This document shows, in pieces, positions 1 through 10,589 of a DNA stretch of 53,943 nucleotides; the stretch's first letter is position 1, and each line of letters starts with the position of its first letter. The notes under the pieces were generated by a model that was not told where the DNA came from, did no database searches, and saw nothing but the letters and a program-made list of their open reading frames with translations. The position numbers were made by a program, and so were the translations under genes. The DNA comes from a virus (lineage: Duplodnaviria > Heunggongvirae > Uroviricota > Caudoviricetes), in IMG/VR virus record IMGVR_UViG_2869947659_000002, one strand, 5' to 3'.

Positions 1-147
1 TCAATAAATCCCATCATTGCGATCAACCTCATCCTTAACCATTGATGCGAGCAGTTCTTCCAGTTTCTGCGCTGACAGCTTTACCTGGTGATCTTCAGCA
101 TCTTCCCGGGCTATTGTGGTTCGCGCAGTGGCTGATTTTGCTGACAT
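1..147 (-). CDS. hypothetical small protein (48 aa), speculative
   Basis: ATG at 147..145 to TGA at 3..1; it is the only protein-like part of six-frame ORF 1..282; no recognisable family; weak RBS. Confidence 0.2.
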   Translation of the reverse strand: MSAKSATARTTIAREDAEDHQVKLSAQKLEELLASMVKDEVDRNDGIY

Positions 148-285
148 CACCACAGGGGGCAGACGGACCATTGAACCATGGCCTCCGGAACAAATAAGGG
201 CAAAAATAACAACCACTATCGAAAGCTCACAAACTAACCGCAGCACGTTCCTGCATACGACGTGTCTGCGGCATAATCCCAATGA

Positions 286-555
286 TTACTCCCTGACAGG
301 ATTTGCAGGCCACTCAATATCAGGTACAGTTGATGTATCAACACGATTCAACAATACCCGATATTTATTCCATGCCTCCAGCAACGATCTTTCTTCCTCC
401 GTTGCGATTTCCAGATCTACAGCATCCTGCAGTGGCGCAATATACTCACTGAATTCCTGGATGTAGAACTGTGTGGTGACGGTCTTCCAGCCATTCGGCT
501 CCTGCTGTATCGAAGCATACCAGGCTATTTCAATATCGCTATGCTGCGGCAGCAT
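286..555 (-). CDS. tail fiber assembly protein fragment (Tfa-like C-terminal segment)
   Basis: C-terminal ~55 aa ([53 protein letters not shown]) closely matches the C-terminus of the Tfa at 1335..1685; N-terminal part unrelated; DNA 238..557 is a near-repeat of 1281..1520. Confidence 0.55.
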   Translation of the reverse strand: MLPQHSDIEIAWYASIQQEPNGWKTVTTQFYIQEFSEYIAPLQDAVDLEIATEEERSLLEAWNKYRVLLNRVDTSTVPDIEWPANPVRE

Positions 556-611
556 TTAACCCCTTGTAATTCATCGCCATAATTGATTTAATTCACAAAT
601 AAAACTATAAC

Positions 612-1280
612 ATGGTGAAATCAATGAAAAAAAACACAGATGATGGGGCTAAAATTTACACACCACTTACCCTAAAGCTTTATGACTGGTGGGTTTTGGG
701 AGTATCAAATCGGCTTGCATGGGGATGTCCTACAAAGGAACACCTTCTTCCACACTTTCTGGAACATGTAGGTAACAACCATCTGGATATTGGTGTTGGA
801 ACTGGGTTTTACCTTACTCACGTACCTGAGAGTAGTCTGATATCTTTAATGGATTTGAACGAAGCTAGCCTGAACGCGGCATCTACAAGGGCTGGGGAAT
901 CAAAAATTAAACATAAAATTAGCCATGATGTTTTTGAACCTTATCCCGCGGCGTTACATGGTCAATTTGATTCCATTTCCATGTTTTACCTTCTTCACTG
1001 CCTGCCTGGAAATATATCTACAAAAAGCTGTGTAATACGCAATGCGGCGCAGGCCTTAACTGACGATGGAACTCTATACGGAGCCACAATTCTTGGCGAT
1101 GGAGTTGTGCACAATAGCTTCGGTCAAAAACTGATGGGCATTTACAATCAGAAAGGCATCTTTTCAAACACAAAAGATTCCGAAGAAGGCTTAACACATA
1201 TACTCTCAGAGCATTTCGAGAATGTTAAAACCAAGGTTCAAGGTACTGTAGTAATGTTTTCCGCTTCAGGGAAAAAATAG
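612..1280 (+). CDS. class I SAM-dependent methyltransferase (cargo gene)
   Basis: Motif I-like HLDIGVGTGFYL, acidic post-I residue (LMDLNE), motif II-like FDSISMFYLLHCLP; lower GC than flanking phage genes; start could be ATG 612 or ATG 624. Confidence 0.75.
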   Translation: MVKSMKKNTDDGAKIYTPLTLKLYDWWVLGVSNRLAWGCPTKEHLLPHFLEHVGNNHLDIGVGTGFYLTHVPESSLISLMDLNEASLNAASTRAGESKIKHKISHDVFEPYPAALHGQFDSISMFYLLHCLPGNISTKSCVIRNAAQALTDDGTLYGATILGDGVVHNSFGQKLMGIYNQKGIFSNTKDSEEGLTHILSEHFENVKTKVQGTVVMFSASGKK

Positions 1281-1334
1281 CATCCAACCGCAGCACGTTC
1301 TTGCTTAAGACGTGCTGCGGCATAATCCCAATGA

Positions 1335-1685
1335 TTACTCCCTGACAGGATTTGCAGGCCACTCAATATCAGGTGCAGTTGATGTATCAACACGGTTCAG
1401 CAACACCCGATACTTTTTCCAGGCTTCCAGCAATGAGGTTTCTTCCTCCGTTGCAATTTCCAGATCTGCAGCATCCTGAAGCGGCGCAATATGCTCACTG
1501 GCTACCTGCATCAGGTTGTTTTTTGTTTCTTCCGCTTCCCGTATCCGAAACAGTTTTTCTGCTTCTTCATCTTTCACCCAGGATGTGCCGTTCCACTTCT
1601 GAAACTCCCCTTCCGGGGATAACCAGGTGACATTTTCCGGTAATGAGCCGAGTTCAGAAATAAATAACGCGTCGCCGGAAGCCAC
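1335..1685 (-). CDS. tfa: tail fiber assembly protein Tfa, N-terminally truncated (GTG start)
   Basis: Protein matches Tfa of lambdoid phages ([12 protein letters not shown]...[46 protein letters not shown]); in-frame TGA 24 nt upstream of the GTG, so the usual ~75-aa N-terminal part is absent. Confidence 0.7.
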   Translation of the reverse strand: MASGDALFISELGSLPENVTWLSPEGEFQKWNGTSWVKDEEAEKLFRIREAEETKNNLMQVASEHIAPLQDAADLEIATEEETSLLEAWKKYRVLLNRVDTSTAPDIEWPANPVRE

Positions 1686-1847
1686 GTCATAAACCGTTTT
1701 ACCCCGATGATCCCATCAGTAACAGACAACGGACCTGAAATAGTCCCTCCAGTTGTTGGCAGCGCTCCAATATCTGATGGTGTAGGTTTCTGATGTGAGC
1801 TATACATCGTATAAACAACACCATCGGTAACGCTGGTGGATTTGCCC

Positions 1848-2753
1848 CTATATTTCCAGACATCTGTTATCACTTAACCCATTACAAGCCCGCTGCCGCA
1901 GATATTCCCGTGGCGAGCGATAACCCAGCGCACTATGCGGATGCCATTCGTTATAATGTTCGAACGCCTCTGCAAGGTTCTTTGCTGCCGTTAACCCGTC
2001 TGGTTTGGGCATGATACTGATGTAGTCACGCTTTATCGTTTTCACGAAGCTCTCTGCTATTCCGTTACTCTCCGGACTCCGCACCGCCGTGTTCTTCGGT
2101 TCAAGTCCCAACATCCGGGCGAACTGGCGTGTTTCATTAGCCCGGTAGCATGAACCATTATCCGTCAGCCACTCCACTGGAGACGACGGAAGATCGTTGC
2201 CGAAGCGGCGTTCCACCGCACCCAGCATGACGTCCAGTACTGTTTCACTGTTGAAGCCGCCGGTAGTCACCGCCCAGTGCAGTGCCTCACGATCACAGCA
2301 GTCCAGCGCGAACGTGACACGCAGTCTCTCTCCGTTATCACAGCAGAACTCGAACCCGTCAGAGCACCATCGCTGATTGCTTTCTTTCACGGCCACTCTG
2401 CCTGTATGTGCCCGTTTCGATGGCGGTACAGCAGGTTTTCGCTCAAGCAACAGCGCATTCTGGCGCATGATCCGGTAAACACGTTTGGCATTGATCGCAG
2501 GCATACCATCAAGTTCTGCCTGTCTGCGAAGCAGCGCCCATACCCGACGATAACCATACGTGGGCAGCTCTCCGATAACATGGTGTATACGGAGAAGCAC
2601 ATCCGTATCATCAGTGTGACGACTGAGGCGGCCATCCATCCAGTCATCGGTTCGTCTGAGAATGACGTGCAACTGCGCACGCGACACCCGGAGACAACGG
2701 CTGACTAAGCTTACTCCCCATCCCCGGGCAATAAGGGCGCGTGCGCTATCCAC
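1848..2753 (-). CDS. insD: IS2 transposase OrfB (InsD)
   Basis: 301-aa ORF with IS3-family DDE transposase features; identical to the copy at 46075..46980. Confidence 0.95.
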
Positions 2754-3076
2754 TTTTTTGCCCGTCCATATTCAACGGCTTCTTTGAGGAGTTCATTTTC
2801 CATCGTTTTCTTGCCGAGCAGGCGCTGGAGTTCTTTAATCTGCTTCATGGCGGCAGCAAGTTCAGAGGCAGGAACAACCTGTTCTCCGGCGGCCACAGCA
2901 GTAAGACTTCCTTCCTGGTATTGCTTACGCCAGAGAAATAACTGGCTGGCTGCTACACCATGTTGCCGGGCAACGAGGGAGACCGTCATCCCCGGTTCAA
3001 AGCTCTGCTGAACAATTGCGATCTTTTCCTGTGTGGTACGCCGTCTGCGTTTCTCCGGCCCTAAGACATCAATCAT
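2711..3076 (-). CDS. insC: IS2 OrfA (InsC), HTH protein
   Basis: 121 aa from [18 protein letters not shown]; overlaps insD as expected for a -1 frameshift fusion. Confidence 0.9.
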
Positions 3077-3674
3077 CTGTACTCCAATGACTAGTCTAAA
3101 AACTAGTATTAAGACTATCACTTATTTAAGTGATACTGGTTGTCTGGAGATTCAGGGGGCCAGTCTAGCTGGAAGGCTTACTCGCTGAATATGTTAGCGA
3201 GGTATAAATAGAAACTGACGCATTTGTAGTACAATCCCAATGGATATTTACACTCGTCGCATAATTGCCAATCTCAACGTAAATATCATATATATCGCCG
3301 GATGTGTTGATCCAGGCGAAATTCGTTAATCCGACGGCTGTACGCTTCCACAAAGCTCCGGTAATCCCTTTGGGGTTTCCATTGCCTGCTCGTAGAACCA
3401 GTTCAGATATACCTGCCTGTTGAGGTGCCCCCACGTTAAATCCAGCGCCACCAATCAATGCGATGTAAACGATGGAACTCGCTTGTGGCATGGTAACCGT
3501 TGCCAGTTTGAACCACCCTGCCCCGCCAGAGAAAGAGATCGTTACTGAATTTAAAGTGCCAATATCTTTCGGTGTTAATGTTATATCCGCAGTCAGTGCT
3601 TTCCCGTTAACTTTTCGGTTAGATGGTACCCTGAGGTGTACTGGCAATAGCGGACACTACCATTTGTTCTTTTT

Positions 3675-4493
3675 TTAAGCAGCTATCTGATGATATTTTT
3701 CCCTGAAGGCTGCCGGGGAGATATTCCCCAGACGAGAGTGACGACGCTGACGATTGTAGAAAATCTCAATGTATTCCCGTATTACTGAGATGGCTTCATC
3801 CCGGTTATTAAAACGATAGTGGCTCAGGCTCTCATTTTTCAGCGTTCCCCAGAAGCTTTCCATCGGAGCGTTGTCGTAACAGTGACCTTTACGCGACATT
3901 GATGTTTTCAGACCAGACTGCTCCTGTATGACCCGGTAATCGTATGCGCAGTACTGTGAACCTCGATCAGAGTGGTGGATTAGCCCGGCAGGTGGGCGCT
4001 GGCTCCTGAGCGCCATAAACAGGGCTTTACCTGTCAGCTCTTTTGTCATGCGCTCTCCCATGGCGTAGCCGACAATTTCGCACGTATAAACATCTTTGAT
4101 GCCAGCGAGGTACAACCATCCCTCCTGTGTGGCAACATACGTCAGGTCCGCCACCCAGACCTGATTTGGTGCTGTAGGAGCGAACGTCTGGTTCAGCAGA
4201 TTTGGCGCAACTGGCAGATTGTGGTTCGGGTTCGTAGTCGCTCTGAACTTGCGTTTCTGCTTACAGCGTAGCCTTAGCTCCTTACGAAGACGTGCCAGTC
4301 GGTCACGACCAACGATGATGCCATTCTCTGCCAGCTCCGTCTGGAGCCGCCGGGTTCCATATGTTTCGCGAGTGCGGATATGTGCCACCTTAATCTCCAG
4401 TTTTAGCCGCTCATCACTTTGTTTTCTGTCTGAGGGTTCATGCTGTACCCAGTTGTAATAACCGCTCCTGGATACACCAAATACCTGACACAT
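3675..4493 (-). CDS. IS3-family transposase OrfB (DDE integrase domain)
   Basis: 272-aa ORF; same protein (one residue different at the C-terminus) as the copy at 48769..49587. Confidence 0.9.
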   Translation of the reverse strand: MCQVFGVSRSGYYNWVQHEPSDRKQSDERLKLEIKVAHIRTRETYGTRRLQTELAENGIIVGRDRLARLRKELRLRCKQKRKFRATTNPNHNLPVAPNLLNQTFAPTAPNQVWVADLTYVATQEGWLYLAGIKDVYTCEIVGYAMGERMTKELTGKALFMALRSQRPPAGLIHHSDRGSQYCAYDYRVIQEQSGLKTSMSRKGHCYDNAPMESFWGTLKNESLSHYRFNNRDEAISVIREYIEIFYNRQRRHSRLGNISPAAFREKYHQIAA

Positions 4494-4528
4494 CGCTTCA
4501 ATGGGAAATTGTTGTCGCCATTGTTCGA

Positions 4529-4831
4529 TTAACGCGTATTTTTCAGCGACTCCTGTGCAAAATACGCTGTTGCTTTTTTTAATATATCTCGCTCAAGGCG
4601 AGCTTCATTTAACGCCTTACGCAGTTGCAGAATTTCAGATTCCAGTTCAGCCACCGTGCGGGAACCAGGAGTACCGAGCCCTTTTCTGGCGGCGGTAACC
4701 CATTGTCCTAAAGTGCCTTCAGGAAGGGATAATCGGGAAGCGCCTTCACTGATCGAAAGTTGATTTTCAAGAACCGTTCTGACAGCTTCGGCTTTGAACT
4801 CTTTAGAGTAACGTTGGTTTTTTCTGCTCAT
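4529..4831 (-). CDS. IS3-family OrfA (HTH/leucine zipper)
   Basis: 100-aa ORF MSRKNQRYSKEFKAEAVRTVLENQLSISEGA...; identical to the copy at 48431..48733. Confidence 0.9.
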   Translation of the reverse strand: MSRKNQRYSKEFKAEAVRTVLENQLSISEGASRLSLPEGTLGQWVTAARKGLGTPGSRTVAELESEILQLRKALNEARLERDILKKATAYFAQESLKNTR

Positions 4832-6071
4832 TATTAGCTCCTTCTGATGCCATTCTATTTCAGGAAGGAGTGTCCGTTAAACTCAGGCTACCTCACCCTG
4901 CCATTCGCATTGTCATTCGCTGCTTTAACTGCCTTCGGTGTCGCGGCAAGCGTTTCAGATGTGCTGTTGGTTGCACTGCTGAGCTGTACTATCCCCTTTT
5001 TCGTCGTGCTCGCATCCTCAAGCGCCACGGCGGATGCAATATCCTCTGCCCGTTTTGCCGCTGTCTCGGCGCGCGTTGCCGCGGATTCCGCCGTACTTTT
5101 GCTCTGAGCTGCCGCCGTCACACTGCCAGCTGCCTCTGTCGCCTTCGTGGATGCCGTCGTGGCGCTGCCCTTTGCTGCTGACGCCTGTCTGGTCGCCTCA
5201 TCTTTTGAAGCAGACGCAGATGATGCCGATGACGCCGCCGAACTGGCGGACGATGCGGCAGCCGTTTTTGAGGATTCTGCGCTGGTTTCCGAGGCTTTCG
5301 CGTTCGTTTCGGATGTCTTCGCTGCCTCTTTTGAGGCCGCCGCATCCCGTGCTGAAGTGGCTGCTTCTGACGCTTTCGTGGTCGCGGTGGATGCAGAAGT
5401 GGCTGCTGATTGTTGTGACGCAGCCGCATTCGTTTCTGACGTTTTCGCCGCACCGGCACTGGTAGCCACCGCGCTTTTTGAGGACTCTGCAGCGGCAGCA
5501 CTTTTTGATGCTTCAGTAGCCTTTGTTGATGCCGTTCCTGCGCTGGAAGACGCTGACTGAGCCGACGTCGCGGCCTGCCCGGCTGATGTGCTGGCTGCAC
5601 GTGCTGAGCCTGCAGCATCAGTCGCATGGGTTGCCGCCTCACTGGCAGATATGCTGGCATCGCTGGCTGACTTCTTCGCGGCTGCCGTGTTCTGTGCAAC
5701 CGCGGAGGCGTTACGTGACACCTCTTCCACCATCTGCTCAAAGCGGCGCAGTGCCTCCGGTCGGACATCATCCTCCGTCATGGCACCGAGAAAATCATTC
5801 AGCGTACCTGGTCTGGAACCTTCATAGACGGTAATGGTCCCGGCATGTGAAGGCGGAAAACCTTCAACCAGCAGGGTGACGCTGTACTGGCCATGCTCAA
5901 CATCCATGCTGTAACGTCCGGCTTCATCCGGATTTTCAGAGGCCACCGTGTTCACCACCACCGTGCTGCTGGTTCGTCTGGCCTTCAGCACAATGGTGCA
6001 GTTCTGTACTGGTTTTCCTGTGCCATCTTTAAGCACGCCAGAAATTTTTACTGTCATACTTTTCCACCAAT

Positions 6072-6102
6072 AAAAAAAGCCCGCAGCAGTGACGCCACGG
6101 GC
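6072..6102 (-). terminator. intrinsic terminator downstream of lom
   Basis: Minus-strand hairpin GCCCGTGGCGTCACTGCTGCGGGC followed by T7. Confidence 0.55.
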
Positions 6103-6208
6103 TTCAGGACAGTGTAACTTTACGTTTCCTCAAACGCAGTTCACCCCATAAGGTGGATGAACCTGCGTATCATAACAATATTTACAGAAGATAAATCGGC
6201 GTCTGTTG

Positions 6209-6808
6209 TCAGAAACGGTATCCGATACCAACAATAAATGCATCCGTTCGCCAGTCGCCACTACCGGAACCTTCATAAGCAAGGTCAATGGTCACGGATT
6301 CGGTCGGGTTAAACTGCACGCCAGCCCCCCACGCCAGAGACGTGTTGCTGTGGCGACCGTCATCACTTCCGGTCAGCACATCGTGCGTTTTCCCCTTGTT
6401 GTCAGTTACGCGGAGATAATCCCCGGAGAAAGTCGACACACGGCTGTAAGCCACACCCGCCATCGAATACGCGCTGAACCATTCATTCACGCGTACAGAC
6501 GGCCCCGCCATCACGCTGAACCAGCGGTTACGCACGGAATCTTCATGCCAGCGGGTATCGCTGTAGCGCGTTTTTTGCTCATCCTCAGCATTGGCATAAC
6601 TGAAGGACGTAATCAGCCCCAGCGCGTCCGTAAACTCATAACGGTATTTCACGTTAATCCCGTTCAGATCATCACTACCGGGAACGTTCGTCGAGGCATG
6701 GAGATACCCCGCGCTCAGCGTGGACTGATGTTCTGCTGCACTCGCTGGCGTAGCAGCGGCGACCTGCCAGACTACTGCGGACAAAATAACAGCACATAAT
6801 TTACGCAT
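6209..6808 (-). CDS. lom: Lom/Ail-family outer membrane beta-barrel protein
   Basis: 199 aa with signal peptide and C-terminal ...IGYRF; lies between J and stf as in lambda. Confidence 0.85.
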   Translation of the reverse strand: MRKLCAVILSAVVWQVAAATPASAAEHQSTLSAGYLHASTNVPGSDDLNGINVKYRYEFTDALGLITSFSYANAEDEQKTRYSDTRWHEDSVRNRWFSVMAGPSVRVNEWFSAYSMAGVAYSRVSTFSGDYLRVTDNKGKTHDVLTGSDDGRHSNTSLAWGAGVQFNPTESVTIDLAYEGSGSGDWRTDAFIVGIGYRF

Positions 6809-6832
6809 AATTACCTCTCGCTTTTCTGCAAT

Positions 6833-6856
6833 AAAAAAGGCGCCATTTCTGGCGCC
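6833..6856 (-). terminator. intrinsic terminator downstream of J
   Basis: Minus-strand hairpin GGCGCCAGAAATGGCGCC followed by TTTTTTATT. Confidence 0.55.
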
Positions 6857-6875
6857 CGTATCTGGGTTATAAAAT

Positions 6876-9800
6876 TCAGCTAATCGTGATGCCTGCAGTG
6901 GCTTTCTTCATCACCACAACCAGCAAATCGCTGATACTTGCTGTGGGATACCAGTTATTTACCAGCCATGCTGACACCGAAAACTCCAGTGTCATGTGAC
7001 CGTGACCGGCAGGCATATCAATAACACCACTGTAAATCAGCGTATTATCCAGCGCGGTACGGTTATAAATTTCAGCACCGTTTTTCCGCACTATCAGACG
7101 GCATGAGGAGTAAATATCAGTATGCTCTTTCTCATGTTTAGCGCCGCTGAATGCCACCGCCGGAATAACAATCTGCCGGTCAAACGGCTGATCGTCATAA
7201 ACCCTGACGGTAATGGTTCCTGATGGCCACCGCTCCGGTGCACGGGAGTCCCGGGGGAAAGCTTTGCCCACTGTTTTAACGAGATCGCCTTCAATCTGGT
7301 TCGCGGACAATTTTCCCAGAACCCGACAGTTCTCGTTAATCGTGACGTTGTTGAGCGTCCCGGAGTTCGCATTCACGTTACCGCTGATATCGGCATTTTT
7401 CGCCGTCAGCCGCCCGTCCGGTGTCAGGGAAAATGCCGGAGGATTACCGCCGCTGGTAATGGTGGGGGCCGTCAGGCGTTTCAGGAACACGTCGTTCATG
7501 AATATCTGATCACCCTGACCAACAAACATCGGTTTTGTGTTGCCATTTGCAGGATTAATCATCGCAATCCTGTCTGCCGCCAGCAGCACCTGACTCTGCA
7601 TGCCGTCGGGGGTGTTCTCAATACCGGCACCGATACCCGCAATATAAAGGCGTCCGTCCTGCATCTGCTGCAGCTTCACAGCCCACATGCTGTTCAGATT
7701 ATTATTTGTATCAACCTGAACCTTCTGTATCTGCTGGATCGCTGCACTCTGGTCTTCCAGTTTTTTATTGACGGTCTGCGTGATTTCATTGCTGACATCC
7801 GTAATGGACGTCCTGATTTCAGCCAGGTCAGGCGCAAGCTGACCGTTATCAATCTGCGTCCACAACTCCTGAGCCAGATGGGTTTTCCCTATCTCTCCTT
7901 TGAAAAAATCCAGATAGCCGGATGCATCATCACTCGGCTGGCCAACAGCCTCCACAAATGCCGATTTGCCAACAGTATTCACACTGCGGATATAAAAATA
8001 ATAATCATGGCCCGGTTTGATATTGATACTGGCAGCTATCCAGTACAGCGCCGAGCCAAGATAGCGGGCTGCGGTTTCAACCTGCCTGATATCCGCAATC
8101 CGCTTTTCCGAGAACCAGAACTCAAACTGTACCGTCGGGTCATAAACGGCAAGATGCGGCGTGGCGGTTATCTGAAAATAGCCCGGCGTCAGCTCAATCC
8201 GCGACGGTGCTGCCGGTGCGGCAATCCGGAAGGTGGTGGTGGCAGGTTCACCCTGCTGGCCATAGCTGTTTATCGCCCGCACCGTCAGGGTGTATTCCCC
8301 GAGCGGCAGGCCGCTGAAACGGTGCTCCGTGTCTGCGGTGATGGCGGTGGTCACCAGTCTGGCATCCGTTCCCTTACCACTGGTCAGGCGCAGACTGAAG
8401 CGCACGCCCTTCACCACCCGCGGCGTGTCCCATTTAGCCTGCGCCAGATACTGGCCGTCAGCTGCGCTCACCTCCACCGTCAGGTGCTGTACTGCCGGTG
8501 GGATGACGCTGTTCAGGGAGCCTGACTGCGGCTCAAAGCGGGCACCGTTATCCACGATGGCTTCTTTTTCCGGTACGTGCTGCACCGCCGTGATGGCAAA
8601 GGTGCCGTCCGTGTTTTCCCGGATGGAGACACAGCGGAACAGGCGACGGCGCAGTGACGGCAGGGAGAGTCCCCACACCCCGTATGTCTCCACACCATCA
8701 GGCAGGGTACTGACCTGTATCCGGTCCGGCGCGGGGTGTTCGGTGATGTCCACACTCACCGGCTTACCGCTGCCGTTAATCAGGTTCACCGTGGCGGCAC
8801 CGGTCTCCGGCAGGGTAACCTCACGGTCCAGCGTCAGGGTGCGGGTGGCAGCATCAATGGACAGGACACGTCCACCGGTCAGGGTCCCGGCATAGTCATT
8901 ATCACAGATTTCAATAATGTCACCGGGTGTGTGCCGCAGCCCCTGAGACCCGAGCGTGAAATCCACCGTCTGCGTTTCCAGCAGTTCGGTCTTTATCACC
9001 CACAGTCCGGCACGGTGGGCCTGACCGCGGCTGGTACAGCCGAACGCGTCCATCTTCAGCAGATTGCGCCCGTAGCGCAGTATGGCTTCCGGGTCTTCCA
9101 CCAGTTCCGTGGAGGTCTGCCAGCCGTTCTGCGGGTCGGTGTAATTCACCTCCACCGCCGTGTGCCGGTCCTTCAGGGCACTGAAGCTGTAGCGGAACCC
9201 CACGCCGTTATCATCCACCACCACATCGCTGTTGGTGTACGGCCACACCACATCCGACAGGCGGTCCTGAACAAACGTCAGCATCTGGCCGTTCCATACC
9301 GGCATACAGCGCATCGCCGAGCAGAAATCACTGAGAACATCCCACGCCTTACGCTGTTGTGCCAGGTACGCATTGAAGGTCATCCGCGGCTCGGTGCCCC
9401 CGAAGCCATCCGGCACCATCTGGTCGCAGTACTGCCCGATGGCATACAGCGCCCACTTGTCCACATCCGCCGCCCCCAGACGTTTTCCCATGCCGTAGCG
9501 CGGGTGAGTCAGCATGTCCCACAGACACCAGGCCGGATTGTTGCTGTATGCCGGTTTCAGACTGCCGTCCCAGATACCACTGTACGTGCGTTTTTCCGGG
9601 TCATAGTTTGACGGCACCTGGATGATGCGACCGCGGATATGGTAGTTCACCGTCATCTGCTGACCACCAAACTGCTCCGCATCCACCTGCATCCCCACAA
9701 TGGCCGTGTTCGGGTAGCACTGTTTCACATCGATGATTTCGGTGTATGACGACCACAGCGTTCTGTTCTGCAGCTGGTCCGTGGTGCTGTCCGCCGTCTC

Positions 9801-10349
9801 CCTGACCATCCGGATGTTAAAGGGGCGGGGAGGCAGATTATCCAGAATCACCGAGGCCAGGAACTGTGAGGTGGTCTTGCCGTTAATGGTGACATCCTTT
9901 TCTGTCACCCAGTTACCGTTACGCTGTAACTGAATCAGCAGACGGACAGAGGACGGATTACGGTCACCCTTTGACGTGGTCTCCACCAGTGACTGCACCC
10001 CGAAGGTCACCCGCAGGCGGTCAATGTTCGCTGACGTAATGGTGCGTGTTACCGGTTTTGCCCTGGTCACTTCGACACCCAGTACAGTTTCAGAGCCGGA
10101 GGACTCAAAGCCTTCCGGTGGTGTCTGCTCCTGCTCCCCGGCACGCCAGACCGCGGTCACACCGTGTATCACGGGATTACCGTCCGTGTCCGTCAGCGGG
10201 GTTTTGTTCACCAGAATACTCTGCAGGCCTTTCACCGGGCCTTCTATCGGTCCCTCACCAATCGCATCAATCACGCTCATCATCTGCGTGGATTTGAGAT
10301 TGTCTTTCGCCTCACGCGGTGTGTGCGCCTTGCCGCCACCTTTGCCCAT
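6876..10349 (-). CDS. J: tail tip host-specificity protein J
   Basis: 1157 aa; N-terminus [39 protein letters not shown]... matches lambda gpJ. Confidence 0.95.
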   Translation of the reverse strand: MGKGGGKAHTPREAKDNLKSTQMMSVIDAIGEGPIEGPVKGLQSILVNKTPLTDTDGNPVIHGVTAVWRAGEQEQTPPEGFESSGSETVLGVEVTRAKPVTRTITSANIDRLRVTFGVQSLVETTSKGDRNPSSVRLLIQLQRNGNWVTEKDVTINGKTTSQFLASVILDNLPPRPFNIRMVRETADSTTDQLQNRTLWSSYTEIIDVKQCYPNTAIVGMQVDAEQFGGQQMTVNYHIRGRIIQVPSNYDPEKRTYSGIWDGSLKPAYSNNPAWCLWDMLTHPRYGMGKRLGAADVDKWALYAIGQYCDQMVPDGFGGTEPRMTFNAYLAQQRKAWDVLSDFCSAMRCMPVWNGQMLTFVQDRLSDVVWPYTNSDVVVDDNGVGFRYSFSALKDRHTAVEVNYTDPQNGWQTSTELVEDPEAILRYGRNLLKMDAFGCTSRGQAHRAGLWVIKTELLETQTVDFTLGSQGLRHTPGDIIEICDNDYAGTLTGGRVLSIDAATRTLTLDREVTLPETGAATVNLINGSGKPVSVDITEHPAPDRIQVSTLPDGVETYGVWGLSLPSLRRRLFRCVSIRENTDGTFAITAVQHVPEKEAIVDNGARFEPQSGSLNSVIPPAVQHLTVEVSAADGQYLAQAKWDTPRVVKGVRFSLRLTSGKGTDARLVTTAITADTEHRFSGLPLGEYTLTVRAINSYGQQGEPATTTFRIAAPAAPSRIELTPGYFQITATPHLAVYDPTVQFEFWFSEKRIADIRQVETAARYLGSALYWIAASINIKPGHDYYFYIRSVNTVGKSAFVEAVGQPSDDASGYLDFFKGEIGKTHLAQELWTQIDNGQLAPDLAEIRTSITDVSNEITQTVNKKLEDQSAAIQQIQKVQVDTNNNLNSMWAVKLQQMQDGRLYIAGIGAGIENTPDGMQSQVLLAADRIAMINPANGNTKPMFVGQGDQIFMNDVFLKRLTAPTITSGGNPPAFSLTPDGRLTAKNADISGNVNANSGTLNNVTINENCRVLGKLSANQIEGDLVKTVGKAFPRDSRAPERWPSGTITVRVYDDQPFDRQIVIPAVAFSGAKHEKEHTDIYSSCRLIVRKNGAEIYNRTALDNTLIYSGVIDMPAGHGHMTLEFSVSAWLVNNWYPTASISDLLVVVMKKATAGITIS

Positions 10350-10452
10350 TACATCACCTCTTACCGTGATAATTGTTCACTCACAAAAACAACAGGCACC
10401 TCACCGGGTGCCTGCGTCATGACGGAATAAAATTTCTGAATATCTTCACATT

Positions 10453-10584
10453 TTCACACACTGACTGTGGCGCGTATAATTTCGCTGCGTTAGTGTTTTT
10501 TTGCCCGAGTAACAAAAACAACTCCTTCACATTGATCTTCATTTGTCTGTCCCCGCAGCTCCGCGATCACTGCGGGATTTTTTT
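10453..10584 (+). ncRNA. candidate small RNA unit antisense in the I-J intergenic region (promoter to terminator)
   Basis: TTCACA (10453..10458), 16-nt spacer, TATAAT (10475..10480); hairpin CCCGCAG...CTGCGGG (10552..10576) followed by T7 (10578..10584); no credible ORF with RBS in between. Confidence 0.3.
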
Positions 10585-10589
10585 ATGTT

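Larger units (their letters stand above)
1837..3167 (-). mobile_element. IS2 insertion sequence (1331 bp), copy 1
   Basis: Terminal repeats TGGATTTGCCCCTAT... and ...GGGGGCCAGTCTA; insC/insD ORFs; flanked by 5-bp direct repeat GCTGG (1832..1836 and 3168..3172). Confidence 0.95.
3632..4895 (-). mobile_element. IS3-family insertion sequence (IS600-like, 1264 bp), copy 1
   Basis: Imperfect terminal inverted repeats TGAGGTAGCCTGAG...GGACACTCC and TGAGGTGTACTGGCAATAGCGGACACTACC; orfA/orfB pair; 3-bp direct repeat CCC at 3629..3631 and 4896..4898. Confidence 0.9.
1686..6057 (-). pseudogene. stf: side tail fiber gene (Stf-like), disrupted by IS600-like and IS2 insertions and with an aberrant 3' junction into tfa
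   Basis: N-terminal 389-aa ORF 4888..6057 is a lambda-like side tail fiber with Ala/Ser/Thr-rich repeats; reading frame resumes at 3168..3631 and 1686..1836 after removing the IS copies; stf frame runs into tfa in a different frame. Confidence 0.8.

Noticed and set aside
1-282. 93-aa minus-strand ORF as given
   Set aside because: N-terminal half is low complexity (Cys/Val/Arg-rich); only the C-terminal 48 aa from ATG 147 looks protein-like, and even that is speculative
116-466. 116-aa plus-strand ORF
   Set aside because: Antisense to the Tfa-like fragment and to the small minus-strand ORF; no RBS and not protein-like; likely a shadow ORF
286-1685. Pin/Gin-type invertible tail fiber segment
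   Set aside because: The two tfa-like segments are in direct rather than inverted orientation and no serine invertase gene is present
4847-5834. Several overlapping ORFs (86 to 217 aa) on both strands within the tail fiber N-terminal region
   Set aside because: They lie in alternative frames of the Ala/Ser/Thr-rich repetitive stf coding sequence; Arg/Pro-rich or poly-Ala products typical of frame artefacts in GC-rich repeats
7094-10430. Multiple 60 to 290-aa ORFs inside and antisense to gene J
   Set aside because: Fully contained in the well-supported J coding region; no RBS; compositionally implausible
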